Source: Cyanophora paradoxa CCMP329 (lineage: Eukaryota > Plantae > Glaucophyta). Taken from it: a DNA stretch of 64,000 bases. Under the pieces are notes generated by a model that had not been told where the DNA came from, did no database searches, and saw nothing but the letters and a program-made list of their open reading frames with translations. Shown here one piece after another: positions 61,456 through 64,000 of this stretch. Numbering within the stretch: the first letter of the stretch is position 1; every line of letters starts with the position of its first letter. The stretch lies in assembly GCA_004431415.1 (NCBI GenBank), contig QPMI01000017.1:62001-126000 (forward strand). Direction: 5' to 3'. The translations under genes and the position numbers were made by a program.

Positions 61456-63114
61456 TGCAAGGGGGGGTACCCCCTCCCTTGCTCCCCTGGTGAGTTGGTG
61501 CGGCGTACTTTCTGTGTTAGCAATTTTTGTAAGATGCGATTCTTTGCATGCACTCTCGTATAGGTGTGATCGCATCGTAGCCGCTGCGAACGGCGAAAAA
61601 AAATGCAAGGGCGGGGCTGCGCAAACATGTCGAGGTCGCGCCTCACCTGCTATCGCTATATGCGCCAGACCACGTGTTCCTGAATGCTCTCAATGCGCTC
61701 TACAAACTCTGTCATACATGCCCGGGCTCGAGAAGCAACGCGCGGCGCGCTAGGCCGCCTCAAGTACCTGTTGTACCGGGCGCCGGAAAAAAGCGCTCCT
61801 GAGAGTTTGGCGCCTATCGTGTTGCAGTACCCGTACGCTGCTTGGGGGGAATGGAGCAGGGGGGAATGGACGCCGCTTGCTGTGTACAACAGCGTATACG
61901 TAGGCCGCCATGGCGCATAACAGCAAGCGATGTTAACGTTGATCTCTCCGAATGGTTCGCAACCTTGTTCACAATGATGCGGGAAGCACTTCAAGCAGCC
62001 GAAGCGCCCGTGACCACGTCCGCGCCGGGGTCGCCCGTGCAGCACTTGTGTTGCCCGAAGCACCGTGCAGGATGAAGGCGCCAGCGACGCCGCGTTCTCT
62101 CTCGCTCTACGAATACGCTCTCCGTTTCTGACGGACTCCGGTTCAAGCTCAAATTCAGTTACGACGAGCTGTCATGCCGGTGAGCAAGTAGCCAGCGCGC
62201 TAGCTCGGCGCCACGCGCACATATGCATGCGCGTATGTTGACTCGCGGCCAGCGATCCGTAGCAGATGATGCATATGACGGCTTCGCAAGTATTCGCGCC
62301 GCTCTCCAGGACACGCCACGAGCTGACGCGCGCCTCGGCCGCGGCTGTAGATCTGCGTATGCTATGCGCAGCTCCGCTCCGCCGCTCCCCGCCCGCCGCC
62401 CCGCCCGCTGCCTCAGCTTCGTCGACTAGTACTCCAGGTACCGGTTCGCCCCGCCGCGGCCGCTGCTGCTGTGCATCTCGCCCGGCCGCCGCCGCTGGTC
62501 GCCGCGCCGCTAATGCTGCGCACCTCACCCTGCCGCCACCGCTTGGCCCCGCCACCGCTGTCTGGCGCGAGCTGACGCCTCGGCCCTGCGCAGGCTGTGC
62601 GCAGTGCCTGGCCACCTGTCGCTCCGCCGGTTTCCCCGCCGGCTGCCTCAGCTTCGTCGGCTACAGGTTCGCCCCGCCGCTGCCAGGCTGCTGCTGCGCA
62701 TCTCGATCACCCGACCGCCGCCGCTGGGCCCCGCCCCCGCACGGCCGCTGTCCGGGGCGAGCTGACGCCTCGGATATTCGTATGTGCAGGCTATGCGCAG
62801 GGCCCGGCGCCACCTGTCTGTCCTCCCGCTTCCCCGCCCCCCGCCGCCCTCGCCTGCCCGCCAGCCTGGTGCCGCCGCCCGCCTCGCCACCCCACCGGTA
62901 CCCGGCCGCCTCGCCACCCCAACCGTCCGCCTCGCCACCCCACCCGGCCGCCTCGCCACCCCAACCGTCCGCCTCGCCACCCCACCCGGCCGCCTCGCCA
63001 CCCCGGTCGCCTCCCCCGGCCGCCGGCCCTGCCTCTAGATTTCTGCCCCCCCCTCCCCCTCCCCCCCCCCCAAGTACCCTGCAATATGTACAAGCTTAAG
63101 TACCCCCCCTTGCA
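61456..63114. mobile_element. Possible non-autonomous element bounded by a 15-bp inverted repeat
   Basis: TGCAAGGGGGGGTAC (61456-61470) and GTACCCCCCCTTGCA (63100-63114). No TSD or transposase seen. Confidence 0.3.
62879..63004. repeat. 21-bp minisatellite with two alternating variants
   Basis: ccgcctcgccaccccaaccgt and ccgcctcgccaccccacccgg, about 6 units. Confidence 0.9.
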
Positions 63115-64000
63115 CCTCCGCGCGCGGCCCGCACTTGCCGCACTTGCACAGGCCCGGGCGCGGTCTGCTAGTAGATCTAGCTTATCTCATGATCATGATC
63201 ATGATCGATATCAGAATTCGAAGCCCTCCGGCGGCGCGCTCCGGCGACACGCCTATATAGCTAGCGCTTTAATTTAGCTAGCTATAGGCCTGAAGCTGAA
63301 ATTGTACGCGATATCGATGCGCGCGACGTCGACGCCTTATAATCTCGCTGACTCTCGCTGGCCCACGGGGGTACCGGTACACGTAACGGAGCGCACAGCT
63401 CGCAAAGCGCGGCCCGCAGCTGCAGCGCACAGCAGAAGCGGCCGCCGCACATGTACAGCGGACGCGTCCTCTGGAAGTTCCCGTGCCGTTCGGCGGCGAG
63501 CGTCGGTCAGGGCAGAGCGCCTTCAGGTGAATTCCTCGAGGTCTGCGCCCGCGTATGACATCGCGCCCGCACCGCGGCTCACCGCACCTCTCATCCCTCC
63601 CGGTCACGTGTTCTGCGCCGCGTTCACGTTCGACTGCGCAGAGCTTGAACACTCCCATCGTATCGCGCGCCCCCGGCTCGTTGGCCCGGCCTGGATAGCG
63701 GATCAGCTCCTTGAAGCCGAAGCCAATGTGCGCTAATGCTTGGTTGCGCTGGCCGCCCTGCAGCTGACTGCGCTGGCCGCAGTGGGACGTTCCGATTCCC
63801 GCGAACTGGGAAAGCTCGCCCTACCTGGGGCTATCGATGCCCCCAGACAGCAAGTGCTCACTTGAAGAGCGTCTTCTCCACTTCGTGCATGGTGCGCTCG
63901 CCCCGCCCGGCAGGTTCACTTAAAGTCTCACGGGTTTCTTCGCACTCACTCGCAGTGCACTCGGTTCGCGTGAATCCGACCGGCTCCGGGTCTACTCTCG

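Noticed and set aside
63278-64000. ORFs at the window end
   Set aside because: No motif support; possibly a truncated gene or repeat.

Overview
GC-rich, intron-dense eukaryotic genomic DNA from a protist or alga; a glaucophyte such as Cyanophora is a low-confidence guess. The six-frame ORF track is mostly misleading because the genes are split by many short introns (about 45-90 nt). I rebuilt genes by hand by joining conserved protein motifs across GT-AG and GC-AG introns. About 20 genes are present, mostly in tight head-to-head pairs: two inverted-duplicated multi-GAF hybrid histidine kinases, an F-box/LRR-like (pseudo)gene, VPS41, an EF-hand protein, a Prx6-type peroxiredoxin, a PH-domain protein, EBP-like, kinesin-14, REV7, an LKB1-like kinase, NAPRT, a CDGSH/NEET protein, a multi-RRM protein, a zinc-finger + Mrr-like protein, eIF3e, a coiled-coil protein and a few hypotheticals. 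Three things stand out. (1) A recurrent micro-mutation, XYZ -> XYZ-revcomp(XYZ)-XYZ (+6 nt, spacer-less inverted triplication), is seen by comparing sibling repeat copies and may explain the palindrome-saturated non-coding DNA. (2) The splice code is unusual: about one third of donors are GC in the counted gene, the donor consensus is GY(G/C)CGC, and there are micro-exons. (3) The two kinases form a 13.5-kb palindrome with patchy divergence. All coordinates were read by eye and exon structures are unverified without RNA data.
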